From NCBI GenBank assembly GCA_036337435.1, contig JAYZEG010000056.1, forward strand, positions 1-48,043: 48,043 nt of DNA. Direction: 5' to 3'. The stretch is from Myxococcota bacterium. Its GTDB lineage: Bacteria; Myxococcota_A; Bradymonadia; UBA7976; UBA1532. The notes beneath the pieces are model-generated. The model was not told the origin of the DNA and did no database searches. It saw nothing but the letters and a program-made list of their open reading frames with translations. The position numbers and the translations under genes were made by a program. This document shows, piece by piece, positions 19,990 through 30,128 of this stretch. Each line of letters begins with the position of its first letter. The stretch's first letter is position 1.

Positions 19990-22740
19990 ATGAAAATGGT
20001 ACATAAATTTTGTGTCTTAGCCCTTCTAAGCACGTTCATCATCGCATGTGGCGATGAGGAAACCTCCCGACCGTCCGTCACATTTCCCCCAACCACGTCT
20101 GATATGGGCACAACGATGCTCGGATGCTCCAGCAGCCGCGACTGTATGGCCGGTTCAGTGTGCGTGACGGGGTCTTGTCAGCCAGGCGTTTGCGCGGCTG
20201 ATGTCCCCTGCCCGAACGGCATGATGTGCGACACCGCCTCCAGACAGTGTGTCAATCGTCCAATGAATGGATGCCAACGCCATGAAGATTGTGCCATGGG
20301 CTTCTGCATCGAGGGTGAATGCCGAAATGTACAATGTGCTGATGATACGCACTGTCAAGGCAATACCAACTGCATCAATAACGAATGCGTCGAACGCCCT
20401 CGGGACTGCACCGATAACGACGGTGATGGCTTCGGCGTCGGTGCCGATTGCGGGCTCATGGACTGCGATGATAACGACCCGAACGTCAACCCCAACGTGA
20501 TCGAAGACGGTCAGCAACGCTGCGGCGACGGAATCGACAACAACTGCGATGGCGTCGATGTGGCTTGTTCTGGTATGGACCGTGATGGGGACGGCTGGAC
20601 TGTCGAACGCGGTGACTGCGACGATATGAGTGCTCAGGTAAACCCTGACCAGGCAGAAATCCCCTACAACCGCATCGATGACGATTGTAACGAACGCACA
20701 TCGGACACAGACGTCGACCGAGATGGCTATGATGCCACGGCTGTTGGCGGCATGGACTGCGATGACATGAATGCGAATATCAACCCAGAGGGCCGCGATA
20801 TTGCAGGCAACGGCATCGATGAAGACTGTGACGGGGCAGACCGCGTCGCGGCTGACGCAGACGGCGATATGGACGGCGTGACCGAAGCTCAGGGCGATTG
20901 CAACGATGACGACCCCACCGTCAATCCGAACGCGGTCGAGATTGCCTACAACGGCAAGGACGATGACTGCGATCCAAACACTCCGGATGACGACCTGGAC
21001 CGAGACGGCGTGAATCGACGGGAAGATTGCGATGACAACAACGCCGACCGATCACCCAATAACCAGGAAATCTACTACAACGGGATCGATGATGACTGTA
21101 ACCCTGCAACAGCGGATGCCGATGCGGATGCCGACGGCTTTAATGGCGGCCCCCGCGGCACAGACTGTAATGATGAATCAGCCGCTGTGAATCCGGACGC
21201 AGAAGAAATCCCCTACAATGGCGTCGATGATGACTGTAATGGGCAAACGGCTGATGACGACCTCGATAATGACGGGTTTATTCGAGCAAACGACTGCGAC
21301 GATAGCAACGCCGAGATCAACCCAGACGTCATCGAAAACGCCATGACCAATTGTGACGATGGTATCGACAACAACTGCAATGGTCGCGATGAAGAATGCC
21401 AGGATGAAGCCCCCGTCGATACGGATGGAGACGGCGTTGCCGACGACGATGATTGTGAGCCAAACAATCCCGACATTCCCGGTGCCTTTGAAATCCCGAA
21501 CAATGGGCTCGATGATGATTGCGATGAATCCACATCGGATATCTGTGAAGACGATATGTTCGATGTCGACGGTGATAACGGCGAAATCGAGACCGCGAGC
21601 GTCGTCGAGGCAACTCGGTCCAGTGGCATTCAATACGGAGGCCTCCGTATTTGCCCTGGTGACACCGACAATTACCGAATCGAATTAGCGGAGGGCGATG
21701 GACTCGAGGTCGATCTCACATTTCGGCACATCGACGGCGACATCGATATGGTTCTGTATCGATTGTCCGATGATCCAAACGACCCAGAACCGCGATTTAT
21801 CGCCGGAAGTCTCTCGGTGACCGACAATGAAACCGTGTACTTACAACGGGCACCAGCCGCTGGCACATATGTCATTCAAGTCGGCATTTTTGGCTTTGGT
21901 AGCGACGCATCATACGGCATGACCGTTCACGTCTTCGACCAGTGTATCGATGATGATGTCACTGATTTGGCCCGCGGCTACACTGGCGAGCAGAACGATT
22001 CCGCAGACGCTGCGGTCGAGTTCCCAGAACCGGGTTCAACGCGCCAAATTTGTTCCTATGACGACGATTGGTACACCTTCGAATTGCAGCGCGCAGAGGA
22101 TGTCCGAATCGACGTCTTATTCGACCATGCACCGGGACAAGACATCGACGTTCAGATCTACGATGCGGACAATAACCGGGTGGCCTTTTCAGGCAGCGTA
22201 AACAGCAATGAAGTCATCGAGACGGAATTAGACCGCGGCACGTACTTCGTGCGCGTCTTCGGATTTTCGGGCTCACAAAACACATACCGGCTCTTCCGGT
22301 CCGCAGGCCAAATTGGACGGGCGCGAGCTGAAATCGATGAGGCCGTTGAGATTCCAGACCCAGGGGAAGTCCGCGTTCCACTGACATTCGCAGATGCTCC
22401 AGAGGGGGCTGTCTTACGCCATGTTGCCATTCGCGACTTGGTCTTACGACACTCAGACCTTCGTAATCTTAGACTCACACTGCTCTGGGACGGCCAGCCA
22501 TTGCAAGTCATCTGGGACCAGCAGGGTGATGATGATGGTCGCGATGGTGGCGAGGATGATGACTTTCTGCCATTCACCGGTGGAGACATCAATTTCGACC
22601 CAGGTCCTGAGCGCACTTACTCAGCGTTCTTGGGACGCCCAGCAACCGGAACGTTGGAACTTCTCATCGAGGATCTCGTCAATCGTGAAGAGGGCGATTT
22701 GACCCGATTCGACGTTGAGATTGAGTACTACGAACCATAA
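19990..22740 (+). CDS. Lipoprotein with Cys-rich N-terminus, 8 MopE-like putative metal-binding repeats, two PPC-like domains and a P-domain-like C-terminus
   Basis: Lipobox IIAC; eight DxDxDG...DCDD...NP...EI..NGIDDDC units; PPC-like GDIDMVLY / QDIDVQIY...GTYFVRVFG; terminal GTLELLIED...LTRFDVEI; AGGAG SD. Confidence 0.88.
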   Translation: MKMVHKFCVLALLSTFIIACGDEETSRPSVTFPPTTSDMGTTMLGCSSSRDCMAGSVCVTGSCQPGVCAADVPCPNGMMCDTASRQCVNRPMNGCQRHEDCAMGFCIEGECRNVQCADDTHCQGNTNCINNECVERPRDCTDNDGDGFGVGADCGLMDCDDNDPNVNPNVIEDGQQRCGDGIDNNCDGVDVACSGMDRDGDGWTVERGDCDDMSAQVNPDQAEIPYNRIDDDCNERTSDTDVDRDGYDATAVGGMDCDDMNANINPEGRDIAGNGIDEDCDGADRVAADADGDMDGVTEAQGDCNDDDPTVNPNAVEIAYNGKDDDCDPNTPDDDLDRDGVNRREDCDDNNADRSPNNQEIYYNGIDDDCNPATADADADADGFNGGPRGTDCNDESAAVNPDAEEIPYNGVDDDCNGQTADDDLDNDGFIRANDCDDSNAEINPDVIENAMTNCDDGIDNNCNGRDEECQDEAPVDTDGDGVADDDDCEPNNPDIPGAFEIPNNGLDDDCDESTSDICEDDMFDVDGDNGEIETASVVEATRSSGIQYGGLRICPGDTDNYRIELAEGDGLEVDLTFRHIDGDIDMVLYRLSDDPNDPEPRFIAGSLSVTDNETVYLQRAPAAGTYVIQVGIFGFGSDASYGMTVHVFDQCIDDDVTDLARGYTGEQNDSADAAVEFPEPGSTRQICSYDDDWYTFELQRAEDVRIDVLFDHAPGQDIDVQIYDADNNRVAFSGSVNSNEVIETELDRGTYFVRVFGFSGSQNTYRLFRSAGQIGRARAEIDEAVEIPDPGEVRVPLTFADAPEGAVLRHVAIRDLVLRHSDLRNLRLTLLWDGQPLQVIWDQQGDDDGRDGGEDDDFLPFTGGDINFDPGPERTYSAFLGRPATGTLELLIEDLVNREEGDLTRFDVEIEYYEP

Positions 22741-22766
22741 AAGGGGTCTCTAAGGTTCGTTCATAC

Positions 22767-22800
22767 ACACCCGGGGCCTCGGCCTCGGGTGTTTTATTTT
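22767..22800 (+). terminator. Rho-independent terminator
   Basis: 11-bp stem ACACCCGGGGC/GCCTCGGGTGT (one G-U pair), 4-nt loop, then TTTATTTT, 26 nt after the stop. Confidence 0.88.
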
Positions 22801-22976
22801 GTGCTCATCTCAATTCTCCGGCCCCAGACATCCCCCTGCATGCCTGTTCGCCGATTAAAAACGCGGATCAAAATATTAGACCCGCAGCCACGTTTAGGAC
22901 TCGACTAGAGCCGCCTGTGCAGGTAACGTGGCGCGCCTTCGGCTATGTCAGTGTGTGGCGTTCAGAGGAGTACGTG

Positions 22977-24005
22977 ATGATCGAGCAATTAAACGCTTTG
23001 GAGACAGAGGCCTTGTCGGCCGTCGAAAAAGCGGCAGAAGAAACCACGGTACGTGAATTAGAGGTTCACTACCTGGGCAAAAAAGGTGCATTGACGGCCA
23101 TCCTCAGAGGCATGAGAGATGTTCCTAACGAACAACGGCCGATCGTAGGTCAGCGGGTCAATGAAGTCCGTGCATCTCTGCAAGCAGCCATCGATACACA
23201 GCGAACCAGTATTGAGACAGCCCGCATTGAAGCGCTATGCAATGATCCCCACTTCGATGCAACTTTGCCCAGCGACCGTCCAAAAGTCGGCGCGCTTCAT
23301 CCCCTCACCAAAATCACGTATCACATTGAGGACGTCTTTCGCGCCATGGGCTTCCACTTGCTCGATTATCCGGAGGTGGAGTCAGAATATTTTAACTTTG
23401 AAGCACTCAACATTCCTGCCGATCACCCAGCCCGGGATATGCAGGATACGTTTTGGCTAAAGAATGGCCATCTGTTGCGCACCCATACATCACCGGGTCA
23501 GATCAGAGCGATGCGGACATTTCAGGCGCCCTTTCGAGCGATTTTCCCAGGTAAGGTCTTTCGTTTTGAGAAAATTGACGCATCTCACGAGCATACATTT
23601 CACCAAGTCGAAGGTTTGATGATCGAGCGCGAGATCAGCGTTTCGAACCTGATTTACTCTATGAAGACCTTATTGGACGCTATTTTTGAGCGTGAAGTGA
23701 CCATTCGACTCAGACCCGGGTACTTTCCATTCGTTGAACCGGGTTTCGAACTGGATATCCAATGTCAGGTCTGTGGTGGGTCCGGTTGTTCCGTTTGCAA
23801 GCAGAGCGGTTGGTTGGAACTATTGCCCTGTGGACTCGTGCATCCAGAAGTCCTACGGCATGGTGGACTCGATCCAAATGAGTGGTCTGGTTGGGCCTTT
23901 GGCCTGGGCCTATCTCGACTGATGATGATGAAATATCAAGTGGAAGACATCCGGCATATCATGGCCGGTGACCTGCGATTCATCTCACAATTTAGGCAGG
24001 GGTAA
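22977..24005 (+). CDS. pheS: Phenylalanine--tRNA ligase alpha subunit
   Basis: HPARDMQDTF, LLRTHTSPGQ, FHQVEGL, YFPFVEP, AFGLG; start ATG 22977 after GAGGAG. Confidence 0.97.
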   Translation: MIEQLNALETEALSAVEKAAEETTVRELEVHYLGKKGALTAILRGMRDVPNEQRPIVGQRVNEVRASLQAAIDTQRTSIETARIEALCNDPHFDATLPSDRPKVGALHPLTKITYHIEDVFRAMGFHLLDYPEVESEYFNFEALNIPADHPARDMQDTFWLKNGHLLRTHTSPGQIRAMRTFQAPFRAIFPGKVFRFEKIDASHEHTFHQVEGLMIEREISVSNLIYSMKTLLDAIFEREVTIRLRPGYFPFVEPGFELDIQCQVCGGSGCSVCKQSGWLELLPCGLVHPEVLRHGGLDPNEWSGWAFGLGLSRLMMMKYQVEDIRHIMAGDLRFISQFRQG

Positions 24006-24010
24006 GACTG

Positions 24011-26395
24011 ATGTTGATCTCATGTAATTGGTTGGCCCGCCATGTGGACCTAGATGGCGTTGATCTAGACGAGCTTGGGAACCGCTTCACTCTCAATGTC
24101 GCGGAACTCGAGGGCGTGCATCGCCTTGGCCAAGACGCCGCTCAATGCGTCGTTGGCTACGTTCTAGAGGCGGCTCATATCGATGGTACACATTTACATT
24201 TATGCCAGGTTGATACCGGTGATTCAGACCCAAGGCAAATCATCTGTGGTGCCCCGAACATCGCAGCAGGCCAGAGCGTCCCTGTGGTTTTACCGGGCAT
24301 GCAATTAGGTGACCTCAAGATTGAGGAGCGTACCGTTCGGGGACATCTTTCCCAGGGGATGATCGCGAGTGAAGCAGAACTTGGTTTGAGTGAAGACAAC
24401 GACGGCATTATGGTTCTGGCCGACCCAGCTCAACCGGGCACAGTGTTAGGCGATTTGTTTCCCATTGAAGATGTGCTTTTCGAAATCGACAATAAGTCGT
24501 TGACGCATCGACCGGATTGTTGGGGTCACCGAGGCATCGCCCGCGAGGTCGCAGCTCTCATTGGACGCCCACTCAAGCCACAAAGCCAGCGTATCGAATA
24601 CACCGACGAGACCCCCATCGATATTCGGATTCAAGCACCAGAGGCGTGCTATCGATATACGGCGGTGACCATGGACCAGGTATCCGTCGCCCCGTCACCA
24701 TTATGGCTTAAAATCCTGCTGCACCGGGTCGGTATCCGGAGCATCAATAATGCAGTTGATGCCACCAATTTCGTGATGCTGGACCTGGGCAACCCGCTCC
24801 ATGCATTCGATGCCCGTCAAATCACGGGCAACTGTATCACTGTCCGTCACGCGAAAGACGGTGAACAGTTTACAACCCTGGACGAGACCGACCGCCAGTT
24901 GACGCAAAGCGACTTATTGATCGCAGATGGGGAGCGCGGTGTCGCACTGGCTGGAATCATGGGCGGACTGAACTCGGAGATTAAGGACGACACAACAGCC
25001 ATCGTGCTTGAATCGGCAACCTTTAATGCGTCCACTGTGCGCATGACCAGTTCTCGACTTGGGCTGAGAACGGACTCATCGGCTCGGTTCGAGAAATCTC
25101 TCGACCCGAACCTCGCAGAAGATGCATCGACGGCTTTTTGTGTTCTGCTCAAAGAACTCTGTCCGGAGCTGAGGATTACATCGGCCTTTATGGATCGTTT
25201 TCCCCAACCGGTAGAACAACCGATCATCGACTTGAGCTATGATCTTGTCCACCGCCGTCTCGGGACGACTTTGCCAGAAGATACCATCGACAATTATCTA
25301 ACGCGCCTCGGTTTCCAAATTGAAAAGCACGACCACGGACTGCGAGTCACGGTTCCCACTTGGCGAGCAACAAAAGACATTGGCATCGCCGCTGATCTAG
25401 TCGAAGAAATCGGTCGGAGTTACGGCTACGACAACATCGCGCCAACACCGCCTGCCGTGACGCTGGCCAAGCCTGCCGAAAATAAGCAGAAGGAATTTGA
25501 GCGAGCAATTCGAAGCTATCTGACCCAAGGGGCTGGTCTAGACGAAGTTCTCACTTACTCTTTCGATAACGAACCGCTCCTGGAAAAAATCAAGTCCGTA
25601 CCTGAAAAACGACTCTTCTTGGCTAACGCAATCAGTGCTGAAATGCCTGCAATGCGCACCAGCTTAGCCCCCAATCTACTGGGTGCGCTGGTCAAAAACG
25701 AACGACGATTCGACTCTGTCAACCTCTTCGAGATAGGGCGGATCTTCCAGCCTGCTGACGACGCAAAGGACCTGCCTCAACAGCCAACAACTTTAGGCAT
25801 TCTGATCGCGAATAAGAGCGAATCGTCTGATCTTTTCCAACACGCAAAAGGCATCGTGCTCGGCCTTGGGATTGCCATCGATCGGGGCCAACCCGAACTG
25901 ACTCAGGGTGGTGTTTCGGAGCGTCCATGGGTGCATCCGATCCGACAAGCCCGTCTGTCTGCGGATGGAATACAAATTGGATACCTAGCCGAAATTCACC
26001 CACTGACGCTCAATCAATTGGATCTAGGTCATCAGGCAGCCGTCATCGAAATCAATATTGATGCTTGGCGAGAACGACGTGTCCAGGAGCTCAGCTACAG
26101 TGCCTTGCCAAAGTTTCCTTCGGTGTACAGAGACTTCGCTGTCGTCGTGGAGGAATCTGTCAGAGCCGACGATGTGAGGCAAGCCATCGCCTGTGTCGAT
26201 GCCGAATTGATTCGCAACGTTTCGTTTCAATCAATCTTTCGAAGCCCCGAGTTAGGAAAAGGCCTGAAGTGCCTCGCTTGGTCGATGACCGTGCGCCATG
26301 ATGGCCGCACCCTGACGGACTCGGAAGTCAGAGACCTCGAAGACCGAGTATGGAGGTCTTTGGCCGACCGCGTTTCAGGCAAACAGCGAACATAG
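24011..26395 (+). CDS. pheT: Phenylalanine--tRNA ligase beta subunit
   Basis: QIICGAPN, S+GMIASE.ELG, RFEKSLDP, DLVEEIGRSYGY, FPSVYRDFAVV, TLTDSEV. Confidence 0.97.
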   Translation: MLISCNWLARHVDLDGVDLDELGNRFTLNVAELEGVHRLGQDAAQCVVGYVLEAAHIDGTHLHLCQVDTGDSDPRQIICGAPNIAAGQSVPVVLPGMQLGDLKIEERTVRGHLSQGMIASEAELGLSEDNDGIMVLADPAQPGTVLGDLFPIEDVLFEIDNKSLTHRPDCWGHRGIAREVAALIGRPLKPQSQRIEYTDETPIDIRIQAPEACYRYTAVTMDQVSVAPSPLWLKILLHRVGIRSINNAVDATNFVMLDLGNPLHAFDARQITGNCITVRHAKDGEQFTTLDETDRQLTQSDLLIADGERGVALAGIMGGLNSEIKDDTTAIVLESATFNASTVRMTSSRLGLRTDSSARFEKSLDPNLAEDASTAFCVLLKELCPELRITSAFMDRFPQPVEQPIIDLSYDLVHRRLGTTLPEDTIDNYLTRLGFQIEKHDHGLRVTVPTWRATKDIGIAADLVEEIGRSYGYDNIAPTPPAVTLAKPAENKQKEFERAIRSYLTQGAGLDEVLTYSFDNEPLLEKIKSVPEKRLFLANAISAEMPAMRTSLAPNLLGALVKNERRFDSVNLFEIGRIFQPADDAKDLPQQPTTLGILIANKSESSDLFQHAKGIVLGLGIAIDRGQPELTQGGVSERPWVHPIRQARLSADGIQIGYLAEIHPLTLNQLDLGHQAAVIEINIDAWRERRVQELSYSALPKFPSVYRDFAVVVEESVRADDVRQAIACVDAELIRNVSFQSIFRSPELGKGLKCLAWSMTVRHDGRTLTDSEVRDLEDRVWRSLADRVSGKQRT

Positions 26396-26423
26396 ACCGC
26401 TGACCAAAAAAGGCTTGCCCAAA

Positions 26424-27449
26424 TCAGCTCCAGTCCAACACCACTTTACCCGACTGACCCGAGAGCATGATGTCGAAACCATCCTGGAAATCATCAACAT
26501 GCAGTTCATGGGTTAAGATGGGAGACAGGTCAAGGCCACTCTGAAGCAAAGAGACCATTTTGTACCAGGTCTCAAACATCTCACGGCCGTAGATTCCTTT
26601 TATTTGTAGCCCCTTAAAAATGACGAGATCCCAATCGATTGCTGTATCGTTGGGGGGAATTCCAAGCAGAGCGATGCGCCCGCCATGGTTCATCACACGG
26701 AGCATCTGCTGGAAGGCTGCGGGCGCACCAGAGACTTCGAGGCCCACATCATACGCTTCGACCATACCCACATGTTTCATGGCTTCACGGGGTGAGATCT
26801 CTCTCGGGTCGATAGCAAGACTCGCCCCCATCTTACGGGCCAGTTCAAGTCGAAAGGGGTTAAGGTCGGTCACGACCACATGCCGTGCGCCGACATGGCG
26901 ACATATGGCAGCAGCCATGCAGCCGATGGGACCAGCCCCAGTAATCAGGACGTCTTCCCCGACCAAGTCAAAAGAAAGTGCTGTGTGAACAGCATTGCCA
27001 AAGGGATCAAAAAACGCTGCGATTTCATCAGGAATATCATCGGGGATCTTGAACGCATTAAAGGCAGGAATGACCAAGTATTCTGCAAAAGCACCAGCCC
27101 GATTGACGCCGACCCCTTCAGTGTTGCGACAAAGGTGCCGACGCCCAGCTCGGCAATTTCTGCAATACCCGCAGGTAATGTGGCCTTCTCCGGAGACCCG
27201 ATCACCGATTTCAAAACCACGAACGTGACTTCCGACCTGAGCAACTTCACCGACAAATTCGTGTCCAATGACCATGGGGACAGGGATCGTACGCTGCGCC
27301 CAATCGTCCCATTTATAAATATGGATATCGGTGCCACAAATGGCTGTTTTTCGAATCTTGATCAAGAGATCGTTCGGTCCAAAATCTGGCTCCGCCACCT
27401 CGCCCATCCAGATGCCGACGTCAGCTTGACTCTTGATCAGTGCTTTCAC
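26424..27449 (-). CDS. tdh: L-threonine 3-dehydrogenase
   Basis: [14 protein letters not shown], structural Zn [33 protein letters not shown]. Confidence 0.97.
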   Translation of the reverse strand: MKALIKSQADVGIWMGEVAEPDFGPNDLLIKIRKTAICGTDIHIYKWDDWAQRTIPVPMVIGHEFVGEVAQVGSHVRGFEIGDRVSGEGHITCGYCRNCRAGRRHLCRNTEGVGVNRAGAFAEYLVIPAFNAFKIPDDIPDEIAAFFDPFGNAVHTALSFDLVGEDVLITGAGPIGCMAAAICRHVGARHVVVTDLNPFRLELARKMGASLAIDPREISPREAMKHVGMVEAYDVGLEVSGAPAAFQQMLRVMNHGGRIALLGIPPNDTAIDWDLVIFKGLQIKGIYGREMFETWYKMVSLLQSGLDLSPILTHELHVDDFQDGFDIMLSGQSGKVVLDWS

Positions 27450-28639
27450 TCGATCACTCCCAAATCACGGCCAACTTTAGCAAAAGCAGCGATGGCCCTG
27501 TCAAGGTGGGCCTGATCATGGGCCGCCGACATCTGTGTCCGAATCCGCGCCTGTCCTTTCGGAACAACAGGGAATGAGAAACCAACGACATAGATTCCTT
27601 CATCAAGCAAGCGGTCTGCCATATCAGAGGCCAATTTGGCATCGCCGAGCATGACGGGGATAATTGGATGTTCACCCGGAAGAATCTCAAAGCCCAGCTT
27701 AGCCATTTCATCTCGGAAATATTGGGTATTCCAACGCAATTTCTCTCGAAGCTCGTCGCCGCTTTCGAGAAGATCAAGAGCAACAATGGATGTGTATGCA
27801 ATGACCGGAGCCAATTTTTTCGAGAAAAGATACGGTCGAGACCGCTGTCTTAACCAGCCGACAATTTCACGGCGTCCTGAGGTAAAGCCACCGGACGCAC
27901 CCCCGAGGGCTTTTCCGAGGGTTCCTGTGATGATGTCAATTCGACCGAGCACCCCACAATGTTCGGGCGTGCCGCGCCCCTTCAAGCCCACAAAACCGGT
28001 CGCATGACAATCGTCAATCATGGTTAGTGCGCCATATTTTTCTGCAAGGTCGCAGATGGTGCCCAGGTCAGCGATGTAGCCATCCATAGAAAATACACCA
28101 TCGGTTGCGATGATCTTTGTCTTCGCGCCATCTCGTTGAGCTTGCTGTAGCTTCGCTTCTAAGTCCGCCATATCATTATTGGCATATCGGTACCGTTTCG
28201 CTTTGCAAAGGCGGATTCCATCGATAATGCTGGCGTGATTGAGCTGATCGCTGATGACAGCGTCATCTGGCCCCAGGAGGGTTTCGAACAAGCCCCCATT
28301 GGCATCGAACCCCGACGAATATAAAATGGTGTCTTCAGTGCCAAGAAAAGCAGACAAGCGAGATTCCAAGGTCTTATGAATGTCTTGGGTGCCACAGATA
28401 AACCGGACCGAGGCCATGCCAAACCCGTACTTATCAATGCCTTCCTTCGCTGCATCTCGTAGAGCTCGATGATTCGCTAAACCAAGGTAATTGTTGGCAC
28501 AAAAATTAAGGACCTGCCCCTCTCCGACATCAATATCCGCCCGTTGAGGCGATGTAATGACACGCTCAGACTTGAACAACCCCTGTGATTTGAGTGCTTC
28601 GGTCTCTGCACCTAGATGCTCCAGAAATGCCTTATCCAT
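27446..28639 (-). CDS. kbl: 2-amino-3-ketobutyrate CoA ligase (glycine C-acetyltransferase)
   Basis: [34 protein letters not shown] (PLP Lys), ARIRTQMSA; start ATG 28639 after AAGGA; 4-nt overlap with tdh. Confidence 0.96.
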   Translation of the reverse strand: MDKAFLEHLGAETEALKSQGLFKSERVITSPQRADIDVGEGQVLNFCANNYLGLANHRALRDAAKEGIDKYGFGMASVRFICGTQDIHKTLESRLSAFLGTEDTILYSSGFDANGGLFETLLGPDDAVISDQLNHASIIDGIRLCKAKRYRYANNDMADLEAKLQQAQRDGAKTKIIATDGVFSMDGYIADLGTICDLAEKYGALTMIDDCHATGFVGLKGRGTPEHCGVLGRIDIITGTLGKALGGASGGFTSGRREIVGWLRQRSRPYLFSKKLAPVIAYTSIVALDLLESGDELREKLRWNTQYFRDEMAKLGFEILPGEHPIIPVMLGDAKLASDMADRLLDEGIYVVGFSFPVVPKGQARIRTQMSAAHDQAHLDRAIAAFAKVGRDLGVIE

Positions 28640-28805
28640 ATCCTTGCCCTTCCCCTGAATATCTGGACTCAAGCCAACAGTCTACAGACTCATCTGTCGC
28701 GACTCCACCAAGAACGTGCAGAAGATGCTCCATAGTGGTTTTTCCAATCAACGTGTATTAGTTTTCCTACCACAACTGTGAACCGACACATTCGGAGGTC
28801 AATGG

Positions 28806-29621
28806 ATGAGCATTCAATTCTCCAAGTTATTGTCAGCACTTGAGTGCGCGGCACCGAGCAGCCTAGCGGCAACTTGGGACAATGTTGGGCTACTCATTGA
28901 AGCACACAAATCCGATGACCTGATCAAAACCGTGTTTATGACCATCGATCTGACCGAACCGGTCTTCAAAGAGGCGATAGGCTGCGGGGCTGATGTTATC
29001 CTCACCTATCACCCCATTCTCTTTGGTGGAGTAAAGAGGCTGGTAAGAACAAACCCCGCTCACCGAGTTGTCATCGGGGCACTGCAGAACGGCATTTCAA
29101 TTTACTCTCCACACACTGCACTTGACGCTGTCGAGGGCGGCGTGAACGATTGGCTGATCTCTGGAGTTGGTCCTGTCAGTGGCATTTCGCCACTGGAACC
29201 GGTTCTCTCTGAGAATGCCAACGAAGGCATGGGCCGGCGGGGATCTCTCGAGACACCGACCGACATTGAGTTAGTGGCCAGCCGCCTCAAATCCCACTTG
29301 GGTCTAAAGCACATCCGCATGGCGAAAGCTCAAAACCATGCATCGGGCGAGTCGATTACGGCTGTCGCCGTCTGCCCAGGTGCAGGCGGCAGCCTGCTGG
29401 CCCATTTAAGTGACGTTGACTTGGTGATAACAGGTGAAATGCGACATCATGATGTCTTAGGACTCAATAGTCGCGGCGTGTCCGTGATTCTGACTGAGCA
29501 CACCAACTGTGAACGAGGCTATTTACCGAACTATGAAAAATCACTCAAAGCGGCACTCGCCTCCGACACACTTAGCTGGCATATTTCTCAGCTCGACAAG
29601 GACCCGCTCAGTGTTTATTGA
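28806..29621 (+). CDS. NIF3/YbgI (DUF34) dinuclear metal-centre protein
   Basis: WDNVGLL, YHPILF, YSPHTALD, TGEMRHH, EHTNCER; GGAGG SD. Confidence 0.92.
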   Translation: MSIQFSKLLSALECAAPSSLAATWDNVGLLIEAHKSDDLIKTVFMTIDLTEPVFKEAIGCGADVILTYHPILFGGVKRLVRTNPAHRVVIGALQNGISIYSPHTALDAVEGGVNDWLISGVGPVSGISPLEPVLSENANEGMGRRGSLETPTDIELVASRLKSHLGLKHIRMAKAQNHASGESITAVAVCPGAGGSLLAHLSDVDLVITGEMRHHDVLGLNSRGVSVILTEHTNCERGYLPNYEKSLKAALASDTLSWHISQLDKDPLSVY

Positions 29622-29811
29622 CGGACAGAAACATCTCGGGTCGTAGTAACCTCATTGGCCTTTTGAATCTGGTCGATGATAATTTAATTTTATTTTTGAA
29701 TGGAATGCCCAGTTCTGTGTCTGAGCCACAGTCAATCTATCGGAAAACTCGCAGGCCCGATTTGCTCATGCTAAGACAAGGCATAGTGGTCACTGAAGGA
29801 CGCCATTGATT

Positions 29812-30099
29812 ATGTTTCGTTTGATCTTCACATTCAGTCTTTTGGTCGTGATGCCGATTGCGGCATTTGGTAAGCCCGGTGGGTCAATGACTTGTACGCC
29901 GTCAAAAAAGCACATCGTTATAAAGAACGACAGCAGTGCGGCCCTGAAAAAAGGAACCCGAATCAAATGGTCTACAACCCACGGTGAGACGGGTACGCTT
30001 AAGGTACGTACCCTCCTCAAAAAGGGAAAAAGTCTGAAGGTGAGTATTTCCCGTCCTATGCCAAAAGGCTGCACCGCCAGCTACCGACCGCCGCGTTAA
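29812..30099 (+). CDS. Small secreted, highly basic protein with two Cys
   Basis: GAAGGA SD, signal peptide ending AAFG, 75-aa mature part with 13 Lys, 5 Arg and only 2 acidic residues. Confidence 0.7.
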   Translation: MFRLIFTFSLLVVMPIAAFGKPGGSMTCTPSKKHIVIKNDSSAALKKGTRIKWSTTHGETGTLKVRTLLKKGKSLKVSISRPMPKGCTASYRPPR

Positions 30100-30128
30100 A
30101 TCGATGGCAGCGTAGCCGGACGATGTCA

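Noticed and set aside
22801..22976. pheM-type attenuator or T-box upstream of pheS (and of valS)
   Set aside because: No Phe-rich leader peptide or T-box consensus seen; the hairpin at 22767 is explained as the upstream gene's terminator.
23763..23801. CQVCGGSGCSVCK zinc-finger-like insert in PheS
   Set aside because: Common in many bacterial PheS proteins; not novel.
26880..27515. 211-aa plus-strand ORF and similar ORFs overlapping core genes
   Set aside because: Antisense to clearly conserved tdh/kbl; no independent evidence.
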